Below are positions 20,226 to 29,332 of a stretch of DNA of 64,000 nucleotides, one piece after another. The stretch spans positions 596,751 to 660,750 of the forward strand of contig JAWLHJ010000002.1 of assembly GCA_041690395.1 (NCBI GenBank). The letters run 5' to 3'. Position numbers and translations under genes: made by a program. The first letter of the stretch is position 1; every line of letters starts with the position of its first letter. Source of the DNA: Longimicrobiales bacterium (lineage in GTDB: Bacteria > Gemmatimonadota > Gemmatimonadetes > Longimicrobiales > Gaopeijiaceae). The notes below the pieces were generated by a model. The model was not told the origin of the DNA, ran no database searches, and saw nothing but the letters and a program-made list of their open reading frames with translations.

Positions 20226-22454
20226 ATGGGGAACGGGGACAGGGTGGAAGCGCCGCGGACGGGCACCACGAGGTTCGGGAAGCACCCGGAGGTCGCGCGC
20301 CTCGCATGCGCCCTGGCCGTGGTCGCGCTGGTGACGGCTCCGGCCGCCACGCTGGCCCAGGAGGCGACCGACCCCGCCCGGACGGCGACGGCAGTCCGGG
20401 TTCCGACCCCACCCGTCATCGACGGTGTCCTCGACGACGACGCCTGGGCCCTCATCGAGCCCATCACCGACTTCCGGCAGCGGGAGCCGGTCGACGGGGG
20501 CGATCCCACGGAGCGCACCGAGGTCCGGATCGGATACGACGAGACCCACCTGTACTTCGGGCTGATGCTGCACGACTCCGACCCGGAAGCCATCCGGCGG
20601 AGCATCCTCCACCGGGAGGGCCGCATCGACCAGGACGACCACTTCTGGATCGTGCTCGACACGTACCACGACCGGCGCAACGGCTACATCTTCGAGATCA
20701 ACCCGTTCGGCACGCAGGGCGACGCGCTCTTCAGCGACGAGAGCATGGCTCTCGACGACTGGAACTGGGAAGGCGTCTACGAGAGCGAGGCCCGGATCAC
20801 CGACGAGGGCTGGGTGGCCGAGGTCGCCATCCCGTTCACGACCATCCGGTTCTCCGAGGCCGAGGCGCCGACGATGGGGATCGCCATCCGGCGCGCCATC
20901 AGGCGCAAGAACGAGGAAGTGTTCTGGCCGCACATCCCGCAGCGGTACCGGAGCGGCATCACCCAGGTGTCGCAGTTCGCGACCCTGGACGGCCTCCAGG
21001 ACCTCCGGCGGGGCCGGCACATGGAGCTCAAGCCGTTCGTGATCGGTGGCGTGCAGAAGCACGCGCCCTCCACGGAGACGGACGTGCTCCGGGACGTCGG
21101 GCTCGACTTCAAGTACGGCATCACGTCCAATCTCACCATGGACCTGACCTGGAACACCGACTTCGCTCAGGTGGAATCCGACAACGTCCAGATCAACCTC
21201 ACCCGCTTCAACCTCTTCTTCCCCGAGAAGCGGGAGTTCTTCCTGGAGCGCGCGGGGCTGTTCGCGTTCGGCAACGCGCGCGACACCGAGCTCTTCTTCA
21301 GCCGCCGCATCGGGCTCACGAGCGAGATCGTCGGCGGCGGCCGCGTGACCGGGCAGATGGGCAAGCTCTCCATCGGCGCCCTCAGCCTCCAGACCGAGGA
21401 AACTACCCTCGGCGAGGTGACGGCGGCCGGCGCCAACCACTCGGTGGTGCGGCTCAAGGCCGACGTCCTTCCGCGGAGCACCATCGGAGGGATCTTCACG
21501 AACCTGCAGGGCGGCGGGGGCTACAACCGCTCGGCCGGCGCGGACGCCCAGCTCCGCTTCTGGGGGAGCAGCTCGCTGGACGCGTGGGCGGCCGGCGTGT
21601 GGGACGACGAGCGCGACGTGGCGGGCGCCGGGAGCGTGGCGCTCCAGATCCGTCCGAGCCGCTCGTGGTCGGCGGGGGCGGATTTCCTGAGCGTGGGCGC
21701 CGCCTTCCAGCCGGACCTCGGCTTCGTCCGGCGTCGCGACATGGTCCAGCTCGGCGGCAACGTCGCCTGGACCCCGCGGTTCGAGCAGAGCACCTGGGCG
21801 CGCTCGCTCGTGATGTCGCTCGGCGGCGACGTCACCGACGGGCAGGACGGGGCGCGCCAGTCGTCGAGCCAGCTCCTGCACAACATGCTGAGCTTCCAGG
21901 CGGGAGGCTTCGCGTCGCTCAACGTGCGGCGCCAGTTCGAGCGGCTCGAGGACGCGGCGAGCATCCAGGGCCGCACGCTGGCCGCCGGGGACTACACCTT
22001 CACCTCGGTCGACGCGTCGTTCCGCACCGATCAGAGCCGCACGCTGTCGGGCAACGCCTCCCTCCGGCTCGGCGACTTCTGGAACGGCACGCGCACGGAG
22101 TACGGCGGCGGCCTGATGTGGAAGACCGGGCCCTACCTCACGCTCACCGGCTCGGCCACCCGCAATGATATCGACCTGCCGGTGCCCGACGGGACCTTCA
22201 GCACGAATCTGCTGAGTCTCGACGTGCTCGGCGCCGTGTCCCGCTCGCTGTTCGCCAACGCCCTGGTCCAATGGGACGACGTGTCGCGAGCGCTGCAGGC
22301 CAGCATCCGCATCAACTGGATCCACACGCCGGGCTCGGACCTCTTCCTGGTGCTGGACACCGGCTATCTGACCGGAGATCTGCTCGACCCGCGGGATTCC
22401 CGCTGGCTCCGCAGGACCGGCGTCGTGAAGGTGACCTTCATGCGGGCGTTCTGA
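20226..22454 (+). CDS. CBM9-like plus DUF5916 outer-membrane protein
   Basis: PPVIDGVLDDDAW, GWVAEVAIPFTTIRF, NTDFAQVESD, RFNLFFPEKREFFLE, LFFSRRIG, C-terminal Phe. Confidence 0.88.
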   Translation: MGNGDRVEAPRTGTTRFGKHPEVARLACALAVVALVTAPAATLAQEATDPARTATAVRVPTPPVIDGVLDDDAWALIEPITDFRQREPVDGGDPTERTEVRIGYDETHLYFGLMLHDSDPEAIRRSILHREGRIDQDDHFWIVLDTYHDRRNGYIFEINPFGTQGDALFSDESMALDDWNWEGVYESEARITDEGWVAEVAIPFTTIRFSEAEAPTMGIAIRRAIRRKNEEVFWPHIPQRYRSGITQVSQFATLDGLQDLRRGRHMELKPFVIGGVQKHAPSTETDVLRDVGLDFKYGITSNLTMDLTWNTDFAQVESDNVQINLTRFNLFFPEKREFFLERAGLFAFGNARDTELFFSRRIGLTSEIVGGGRVTGQMGKLSIGALSLQTEETTLGEVTAAGANHSVVRLKADVLPRSTIGGIFTNLQGGGGYNRSAGADAQLRFWGSSSLDAWAAGVWDDERDVAGAGSVALQIRPSRSWSAGADFLSVGAAFQPDLGFVRRRDMVQLGGNVAWTPRFEQSTWARSLVMSLGGDVTDGQDGARQSSSQLLHNMLSFQAGGFASLNVRRQFERLEDAASIQGRTLAAGDYTFTSVDASFRTDQSRTLSGNASLRLGDFWNGTRTEYGGGLMWKTGPYLTLTGSATRNDIDLPVPDGTFSTNLLSLDVLGAVSRSLFANALVQWDDVSRALQASIRINWIHTPGSDLFLVLDTGYLTGDLLDPRDSRWLRRTGVVKVTFMRAF

Positions 22455-22611
22455 CGGGACGGGGGTGGCTGCGCCGGCCCGACCACCCCCTGCCCTGGCG
22501 GTCCGCGCTTCGCACCGCCATTCTGCCCACGACAGGGGTGGGCCGGAACGGGTCCGCCCGACCGGACACCCGGGCGGCTTCCGAACGCGTAGCGCCCATC
22601 AGGAGAACCCC

Positions 22612-24372
22612 ATGCGTACGATCCGAATCTCCGGCGCCCTGCTGATCGCGGGTAGCCTGCTCGCCCACGCTCCTCTCGCCGCGCAGTCCCAACAGGCGTC
22701 ACGCTCCATGGGCGGCGGCGACTGCGAGGAGAACGTCTACAACTGCGCGGACACCCCGAACCCGCTACCGGCGGCCAATACCGTCTGGGTCGAGGAGATG
22801 ACCTGGATGGACGTCCGTGACGCGCTGGCGTCGGGCACGGAGACCGTCATCATCCCGACGGGCGGCGTGGAGCCGAACGGCCCGTGGCTCGTGACCGGCA
22901 AGCACAACTACGTGCTGCGCGCCAACTGCGACGCCATCGCCCGCGAGCTCGGCGACGCGCTGTGCGCCCCGATCGTGAAGCTGGTCCCCGAGGGATCGAT
23001 CGACCCGCCGTCCAGCCACATGACGAGCCCCGGCACCCTGTCCGCCACGCAGGAGACGTACGAGGCGCTCCTCACCGACATCGCGCACAGCTTCAAGATG
23101 CACGGCTTCCGCAACATCGTCTTCATCGGCGACAGCGGCGGGAACCAGGCCGGCCAGCGCAACGTCGCCGAGCGGCTGAACGCCATGTGGGACGGCACCG
23201 TGGTGGCGCACGTCCAGGAGTACTACGACTACGCCAGCGTCGACCGGTACATGACCTTCCGCGGCTTCGAGCAGGGTGAGAGCGACGGGCTTCACGACGA
23301 CCCGATCATCACCCTCAACATGCTCGTGGACGACCCCGCTTCGGTGCGCTGGGACGAGCGGGTCGCCGCCGGTCACGCGAGCATCAACGGCGTCTCCATC
23401 GCCGACCGGGTCCAGGCGCTCGAATGGGGCCGGGAGATCGTCGACTTCCGCGCCAGGGAGACGTCACGCCACATCCGGAACGCCATCGCGTACCGCGGCA
23501 CGATTCCTCCGGCCCCGCGTGAGCGGCCGGCCGGGGGTGGCGGCTTCCAGCGCACCGAGCCGCACCCGAACTCCATGGGGGGCGGAGACTGCAACGCGAA
23601 CGAGTACAACTGCGCGGACACCCCGAACCCGCTCCCGCCCGCGAGCACCGTCTGGATCGAGGAGATGACCTGGATGGACGTCCGCGACGCGCTGGCGGAC
23701 GGGAAGACCACGGCCATCATCGCCACCGGCGGCGTGGAGCCGAACGGCCCGTGGCTCGCGACCGGAAAGCATCAGTACGTGCTGCACGCCAACTGTGAGG
23801 CGATCGCCCGTGAGCTGGGCAATGCACTCTGCGCGCCGCTGGTTCCGTTCGTGCCCGAAGGCGGTATCGAGCCGCCCACCGGCCACATGACCAGCCCCGG
23901 CACCATCAGCCTCCGGCAGGAGACGTTCGAGGCGATGCTCACCGACATGGCGAGGAGCCTGCAGGTACACGGCTTCGAAAACGTCGTCTTCATCGGCGAC
24001 AGCGGCGGCAACCAGAGCGGCATGCGGAACGTCGCGGAGCGGCTCGACGCGGCCTGGGGCGGAGCAGCCTCGGCGCACTTCATCCCCGAGTACTACGACT
24101 ACGCGACGGTCGCCGAGCACATGCGCGGCCAGGGGCTCGTGCCGGGCGAGAGCGACAACATGCACGACGATCCGGTGATCACGCTCAACATGTTCATCAC
24201 GGATCCCTACTCGGTGCGCTACGAGGAGCGGCTGAAGACGCGCCAGGCGCATATCAACGGCTTCTCGATCGCGGACCGGGAGGAAGCGCTCCGCCTCGCC
24301 CGCGAGATCGTCGACTTCCGCGCGGGAGTCACGTCCGACGCCATCCGCCGGAGCATCGGCGCCACCAACTGA
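22612..24372 (+). CDS. Secreted creatininase-family protein with two tandem domains
   Basis: AGGAG RBS, signal peptide; two copies of EEMTWMDVRDAL, TGGVEPNGPWL, FIGDSGGNQ and HDDP. Confidence 0.85.
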   Translation: MRTIRISGALLIAGSLLAHAPLAAQSQQASRSMGGGDCEENVYNCADTPNPLPAANTVWVEEMTWMDVRDALASGTETVIIPTGGVEPNGPWLVTGKHNYVLRANCDAIARELGDALCAPIVKLVPEGSIDPPSSHMTSPGTLSATQETYEALLTDIAHSFKMHGFRNIVFIGDSGGNQAGQRNVAERLNAMWDGTVVAHVQEYYDYASVDRYMTFRGFEQGESDGLHDDPIITLNMLVDDPASVRWDERVAAGHASINGVSIADRVQALEWGREIVDFRARETSRHIRNAIAYRGTIPPAPRERPAGGGGFQRTEPHPNSMGGGDCNANEYNCADTPNPLPPASTVWIEEMTWMDVRDALADGKTTAIIATGGVEPNGPWLATGKHQYVLHANCEAIARELGNALCAPLVPFVPEGGIEPPTGHMTSPGTISLRQETFEAMLTDMARSLQVHGFENVVFIGDSGGNQSGMRNVAERLDAAWGGAASAHFIPEYYDYATVAEHMRGQGLVPGESDNMHDDPVITLNMFITDPYSVRYEERLKTRQAHINGFSIADREEALRLAREIVDFRAGVTSDAIRRSIGATN

Positions 24373-24491
24373 GCGGTGCGGCGGCGGGGCGAGGTCGTCC
24401 CGCCGCCGCGTCCGGGGTTGGACCGGAGCGCCCGGGACGAAGACCGGAGCGCGGTACAGGCGCCCCGGGGCGCCCGGCCGGCGACCACTCC

Positions 24492-25109
24492 TCAGGGTGC
24501 CGGCCGCACCCCCATGACCCGGATCGTGGCCCCGTCCACGCAAGCGCTCTCGTCCACGTACTCGGCCTCCAGGACGACCTGCTGGCCCGCGCGGAGCCGG
24601 GAGATCGACCCCACCAGCTCGTAGGCGTAGCCGTCCACGTCCTCGAACGTCGCACACGCCCCGGAGTTGGACAGCACCTGGCCCGTCCGCTCGATCCGCC
24701 CGCGCTCGTCGGTGACGTGGAACGGCCTCGACATCGCGATCGGGCTGAAGATCGCGTTGAAGGCGACGAAGACGATGGGACGCTGCCAGCTGACCGCTTC
24801 CGGCACCGGAAGCGTCACCGCGATCTCCCCGAGCCCGAGCTGCGTCGCCTCGAAGAGGGCCTCGAAGCCGGAGCGCGTCGCGCCCACGCCGACATGGAAC
24901 TTCGCCTCGAGCGGCATGTTGTCCGAGTAGACCTCGACCGGCGTCCCGACCGGACCGCTCCTGGGCGTGATCGACTGGATCTGGAGGAGCGAGTCGACCG
25001 GCTCGATGCGCTGCTGCGCCTCGACCGCGGCGGGGGAAAGCGCGGCCATCACGACCCCGATCAAGGTGGTCCCCAGCGCCCACCGGCGCACCGCTTCGAG
25101 CTGGCCCAT
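24492..25109 (-). CDS. Hypothetical secreted protein (Ig-like beta domain plus small Cys-paired domain)
   Basis: Signal peptide ending VEAQ, ITPRSGPVGT Ig/IPT-like start, two Cys in the C-terminal part. Confidence 0.7.
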   Translation of the reverse strand: MGQLEAVRRWALGTTLIGVVMAALSPAAVEAQQRIEPVDSLLQIQSITPRSGPVGTPVEVYSDNMPLEAKFHVGVGATRSGFEALFEATQLGLGEIAVTLPVPEAVSWQRPIVFVAFNAIFSPIAMSRPFHVTDERGRIERTGQVLSNSGACATFEDVDGYAYELVGSISRLRAGQQVVLEAEYVDESACVDGATIRVMGVRPAP

Positions 25110-25303
25110 CGTCTCGCGCTCCCTCGGCCGTGCACGCTGCCCGTCCCGTCGAGCGGCCGGAGATCCGACGGGGGCACCCCGGAATCTTCCATGAAGACCG
25201 GGCCCCGCACCAGGGGTGCTGGCGGCCGGAGGGCGGGTCGGTCCGTCACCTGCCCCCGCGGCCGTGCCCTCACCCCTCCGGCCGCCCGCACCGGACGGTC
25301 ACG

Positions 25304-26152
25304 TCATCCCACCGGGTGCTGCTTCGCGAACTCGAAGTAGAGCTCCTTGGCCCGGTCCCCGACTGGCCCCCGACCGATCTCGCGGTCCTCGAGCTTCACG
25401 CAGGGCACGACCTTACCGTAGTTCCCCGTGCTGAAGATCTCGTCGGCCGCCATGAGCTCCGGCCAGGTGATGCGCGTCTCCACGACCTCCACGCCGTCTT
25501 CCCTGAGCAGACCCTGCACGCGCTGCTTGGTGATCCCGTTCAGGAACGTTCCGTTCGGCGACGGCGTGTAGGCCACGCCGTCCTTCACCATGAACAGATT
25601 CGACGTCGCGAACTCGGCCACGTTGCCGTTCAGATCCAGCTTCACGGCGTTGTCGAAGCCACGGTCCCGCGCCTCGGCGAGCGCACGAGCCACGTTCGGA
25701 TAAAGCGCGGAGGCCTTCGCGTCGGTGACCGCCGTCTCGGGGGATGGCCGGCGGAACGTCGACCGGCACGCGCTGAAGCCGCTGTCGTCGGGCATCGGGA
25801 GCTCGTGGACGACCAGCGCGAACCGTGCGCTGTCCGGCTCCGGAATGATGAAGCCGCCCTCCCCGAAGAACATCGGCCGGATGTAGAGCGCCGTGCCGGC
25901 TGGAAACTTCTTCACGCCCTCCCGGGCCAGCGCCACGATCTCCTCCACCCGCTCCTTCGGCTCGAGCCCCATCTTCCGCGCCGAGTCGATGGCGCGCGCG
26001 GCGTGCAGGTCGAGGTCCGGCGCGAGGCCGTCGAAGGCGCGCGCTCCGTCGAAGACGATCGAGGCGAGCCATACGGCCTGGGTCGTGGATCCGATGAGGG
26101 GAACGTTGCCGGATTGCCACTCGCCGTCGAAGAAGGTCCAGGCAGCACTCAT
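25304..26152 (-). CDS. ilvE: Branched-chain amino acid aminotransferase (class IV PLP)
   Basis: VFDGARAF, LYIRP, AKASALYPN, VAEFATSNLF, FLNGITKQR, ADEIFSTGN; upstream BCAA-rich leader supports the function. Confidence 0.85.
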   Translation of the reverse strand: MSAAWTFFDGEWQSGNVPLIGSTTQAVWLASIVFDGARAFDGLAPDLDLHAARAIDSARKMGLEPKERVEEIVALAREGVKKFPAGTALYIRPMFFGEGGFIIPEPDSARFALVVHELPMPDDSGFSACRSTFRRPSPETAVTDAKASALYPNVARALAEARDRGFDNAVKLDLNGNVAEFATSNLFMVKDGVAYTPSPNGTFLNGITKQRVQGLLREDGVEVVETRITWPELMAADEIFSTGNYGKVVPCVKLEDREIGRGPVGDRAKELYFEFAKQHPVG

Positions 26153-26173
26153 GATGTTGGTCTCCCGTGGGTG

Positions 26174-26209
26174 AAAAAAAACGGGACCCCTCGAGGAAGA
26201 GGGGTCCCG
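26174..26209 (-). terminator. Attenuator terminator upstream of ilvE
   Basis: CGGGACCCCTC-ttcctc-GAGGGGTCCCG (11-bp stem) followed by T8, ending 21 nt before the ilvE ATG. Confidence 0.9.
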
Positions 26210-26236
26210 GTGTCGCGAGCTGTGTGGAGGCGACGT

Positions 26237-26365
26237 CTACGCGCGCGCTCCCCTGCCGCGACCCCTCCCCTCACGGGTGAGCTCTACTACCGGGAGCTCC
26301 GTCCGTACGAGATCGAGGTCGCTGATAAGGCCCAAGAGCACGATGTCCATGGCGTGGTGCGTCAT
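26237..26365 (-). CDS. Ile/Leu/Val-rich attenuation leader peptide, 42 aa
   Basis: MTHHAMDIVLLGLISDLDLVRTELPVVELTREGRGRGRGARA*; 13 BCAA codons in residues 8-29; its 3' part is complementary to the terminator 5' arm. Confidence 0.8.
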   Translation of the reverse strand: MTHHAMDIVLLGLISDLDLVRTELPVVELTREGRGRGRGARA

Positions 26366-26412
26366 GCCGGAGATAAGACACCGCCCCACCCCGGATGTCA
26401 AGCCGGAGTGAT

Positions 26413-26829
26413 CTACGGCAGCACCTGCACCTCGAACTCATGGTCCCGAGTCACTCCGTCCTCTCCCTCGCCGCGCACCACGACCGTACCCGTCCCCGCC
26501 GAGTAGAACGTGATCGGAGCTTCCACGACGACGCTCCCCCCCGCATGGCACACCGAGTTGACGCCCCGCTGCACGTGCCAGACGGTGATCAGCCGAGTCC
26601 TGACACCCAACTCGTCGATGGTGGGCGCATCTACTGCGTGACACGAGTCGATCAACAGACCCACTTCCACCACTTCCGCCTGCCCGACCACGAAGCTCTC
26701 GGGCAAGACCACCTGAGGCTCCGGGGCAACGGCCAGCGGAGCGATCGTTGGCGGCGCAACGGGTGAGCCGTCAGAGCACGCCGTGAGCAGAAGAGCCACC
26801 AGGGCGGCACCTGCGAGTCCGCGCTGCAT
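26413..26829 (-). CDS. Hypothetical lipoprotein
   Basis: GGAGG RBS, MQRGLAGAALVALLLTAC lipobox, beta-rich domain with two Cys. Confidence 0.7.
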   Translation of the reverse strand: MQRGLAGAALVALLLTACSDGSPVAPPTIAPLAVAPEPQVVLPESFVVGQAEVVEVGLLIDSCHAVDAPTIDELGVRTRLITVWHVQRGVNSVCHAGGSVVVEAPITFYSAGTGTVVVRGEGEDGVTRDHEFEVQVLP

Positions 26830-26987
26830 GCCCCTCCGGTGGTGAGTGCTCCGTAGGGGGCGATCGGAGAGGTCATGCCACACAGCGAGGCGCTCCGTCG
26901 TAGACGTAGACGTTGAAGGACGCATTTGCGACCTGGCTATCCGCCGAGGTCACAATCACATAGAGCACACCGTGACCGCCACGCAAG

Positions 26988-27023
26988 AAAAACGGCCGAC
27001 CCCCTGGGATGGGGCCGGCCGTT
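26988..27023 (-). terminator. Intrinsic terminator after the helicase gene
   Basis: AACGGCCGGCCCC...GGGGTCGGCCGTT followed by a T tract on the minus strand. Confidence 0.8.
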
Positions 27024-27072
27024 CGACCTGAGAAGCGAGGTCGCGCGGTGCGCGCCCCCGTCCAGCGAGCTC

Positions 27073-28404
27073 CTACCGCCGCCCGCGACCACCCCCGCCC
27101 CGCCGACGGCCACGCCCGTTCGACGATCCACCACCACCCGAGCGCTGACCGGACGAAGGCTGCCCGCCGCCGCCGTTGTTCTTCTGTTTCGCGGCCGCAC
27201 GCTTACGATCGTCGGCCTTGCGGGCCCGGATCGCCGCGATCCGCTCGCCGCGCGGCACCTCGAGGGGCTCGTCGGCGCTGGCGCCGTAGGCGAAGCCGTC
27301 GAGCTTCACCTTGGGGATCTTCTGGCCCACCTGGCGCTCGATGCGGCCCAGATCGCCCTCTTCGGCGGGACACACGAAGCTGAACGCCGCACCCGTCGCC
27401 GATGCGCGGCCCGTCCGGCCCACCCGGTGGATGTAGTCCTCCGGGACCTCGGGCAGGTCGAAGTTGACCACGTGCCCGAGCTCCTCCACGTCGATGCCGC
27501 GGGCGGCGACGTCGGTGGCGACCAGCACGCGGAAGTCGCCGGCCTTGAAGCCGTCGAGCGCCTTGGTGCGCTGCGCCTGCGACCGGTTCCCGTGGATCCG
27601 CTCGGCGGGGATGCCGTTCCGCTCGAGCACCTTGGTCAGCCGGTTGGCGCGGTGCTTGGTGCGGGTGAAGACGAGGGCGTCGTCGATGACCCGCTGCTGA
27701 AGGAGCGCGACCAGCAGGTCGCTCTTCAGGTCCGCCGGCACCGGGTAGACCGACTGCTGCACGCCCTCGGCCGGCTTGGCCGTGCGCTGCAGCGCGATGG
27801 TCGCCGGCTGCCGCAGGATCTCACGCGTGAGCGCTTCGATCGGCGGTGGCATCGTGGCGCTGAAGAAGAACGTCTGTTTGGGCTTGGGCACATGCTTCAG
27901 CACCCTCCGGATATCCGGCAGGAAACCCATGTCGAGCATGCGGTCCGCCTCGTCCAGGACGAGGAACTCGAGGCCCGAGAGCTTCGCGTACCCGTACTGG
28001 AAGTGGTCGAGCAGACGGCCGGGGGTGGCGGCGATCAGGTCGACGCCGTTGCGGAAGGCGCGCTCCTGGGGCTTCATACCGACGCCGCCGTAGACGGCCG
28101 CGGCGGTGAGCTTCGTGTGCCGTGCCAGGTCCTCGAAGTCGGCGACGATCTGGAGCGCGAGCTCACGGGTCGGCGCCATGACGAGGGCCCGGGTCGTACC
28201 GCGCGGCGCCTCGAGCAGATGGTTCAGGATCGGAAGCAGGAACGCGGCTGTCTTGCCGCTCCCCGTGGCCGCGCAGGCCAGGAGGTCACGCCCGCCGAGG
28301 GCGTGGGGGATCGCTTCGGACTGGATGGGGGTCGGGCTGGTGAAGCCCATGTCCTCGACGCCTCGGAGGAGGGTCGGGTGCAATTCTAGTGCTGAAAAAG
28401 CCAA
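27073..28404 (-). CDS. rhlE: DEAD-box RNA helicase (RhlE-like)
   Basis: Q motif PTPIQ, ATGSGKT, PTRELA, TPGRL, DEAD, SAT, ARGID, HRVGRTGR, basic Gly-rich tail; probable TTG start (MAFSALEL). Confidence 0.9.
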   Translation of the reverse strand: MAFSALELHPTLLRGVEDMGFTSPTPIQSEAIPHALGGRDLLACAATGSGKTAAFLLPILNHLLEAPRGTTRALVMAPTRELALQIVADFEDLARHTKLTAAAVYGGVGMKPQERAFRNGVDLIAATPGRLLDHFQYGYAKLSGLEFLVLDEADRMLDMGFLPDIRRVLKHVPKPKQTFFFSATMPPPIEALTREILRQPATIALQRTAKPAEGVQQSVYPVPADLKSDLLVALLQQRVIDDALVFTRTKHRANRLTKVLERNGIPAERIHGNRSQAQRTKALDGFKAGDFRVLVATDVAARGIDVEELGHVVNFDLPEVPEDYIHRVGRTGRASATGAAFSFVCPAEEGDLGRIERQVGQKIPKVKLDGFAYGASADEPLEVPRGERIAAIRARKADDRKRAAAKQKNNGGGGQPSSGQRSGGGGSSNGRGRRRGGGGRGRR

Positions 28405-28636
28405 GGAAATTCCGGTGGATGAGCGCACGGCGGCCGGCCGGAACATCCGGCACAGGTAAGCTGGCGCGAGATCGGGTGGCGGAGCGCCGCCCGGGTGGGG
28501 GAGAGGCTCCAGAAGGTCGCAGGAAGCGACCCTCTCGGCGCCGGTCGTCGTTCGTTCTGTCGACGCCCCGGACGCAGGTGGGTTTCCCACAAGCTGTAAG
28601 TATAGCGGAAAAGGCCGTGTCCAGTGAGTGTTGGGG

Positions 28637-29113
28637 ATGAGTGAGACCAAGCCGACCCTCTGGATCGACGCCGACGCGGCGCCGGTCGACGTGAAGGACA
28701 TCGTCGCCCGCGCGGCCCTCCGGCTCGAGCTGCCTGCCGTCCTGGTGGCCAACCAGCGCCTCCAGACCCCCGCGAACAACCCGTTCGTCAGCGCCGTGCG
28801 CGTGGCGGGCGGGCCCGACGTGGCCGACGACCACATCGCCGACGAGGCGTCGCCGGGCGACCTGGCCGTCACGGCCGATATCCCGTTGGCCGCGCGTCTG
28901 GTCGAGAAGGGCGTGGTCACGCTCGACCCCCGGGGCGAGGAATACACCCGGGAGAACATCGGCGAGCGGCTCTCCATCCGGGACTTCATGGACGGGCTCC
29001 GCTCCACGGGCGTCGAGACCGGCGGCCCGAACGCCTGGGGCAGGAAGGAGAAGCAGGCGTTCGCGGCGGCGTTCGACCGCGCACTGACACGGTTGCTGCG
29101 GGCCGGGGGCTGA
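28637..29113 (+). CDS. YaiI/YqxD (UPF0178) family protein
   Basis: LWIDADAAP, VANQ, DVADDHI, VTADIPLA, RDFMDGLR. Confidence 0.92.
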   Translation: MSETKPTLWIDADAAPVDVKDIVARAALRLELPAVLVANQRLQTPANNPFVSAVRVAGGPDVADDHIADEASPGDLAVTADIPLAARLVEKGVVTLDPRGEEYTRENIGERLSIRDFMDGLRSTGVETGGPNAWGRKEKQAFAAAFDRALTRLLRAGG

Positions 29114-29332
29114 CGCCCGTCGCGCGGGCCCGGCCCGTGGAGGGAGGAGACGGACACGGGCGTCCGCCCGAGCGGGCCCGCTCCGCCCCCATGTGCAAGC
29201 ACGGGCGGCGCGCTCGTCCAATGGACAGACGCGTTGACAGACGCGCGCCGGACGGAGCACCATGAGCGACCTCGTGGGAGCCTCACGCTCCCGCGGCCAC
29301 GATCCCACAGCAAGCCCCTGAACGAGGCCCCG

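Noticed and set aside
19803..22325. 840-aa minus-strand ORF
   Set aside because: Antisense shadow of the DUF5916 gene, typical of high-GC DNA; no motifs
22612..24372. Mycofactocin/RiPP cluster implied by the creatininase (MftE-like) fold
   Set aside because: No radical SAM enzyme, RRE protein or precursor peptide nearby, and the protein is exported
26174..26400. T-box or SAM riboswitch upstream of ilvE
   Set aside because: No T-box (GGTGGxACCGCG) or SAM-I core seen; the leader peptide plus antiterminator explains the region better
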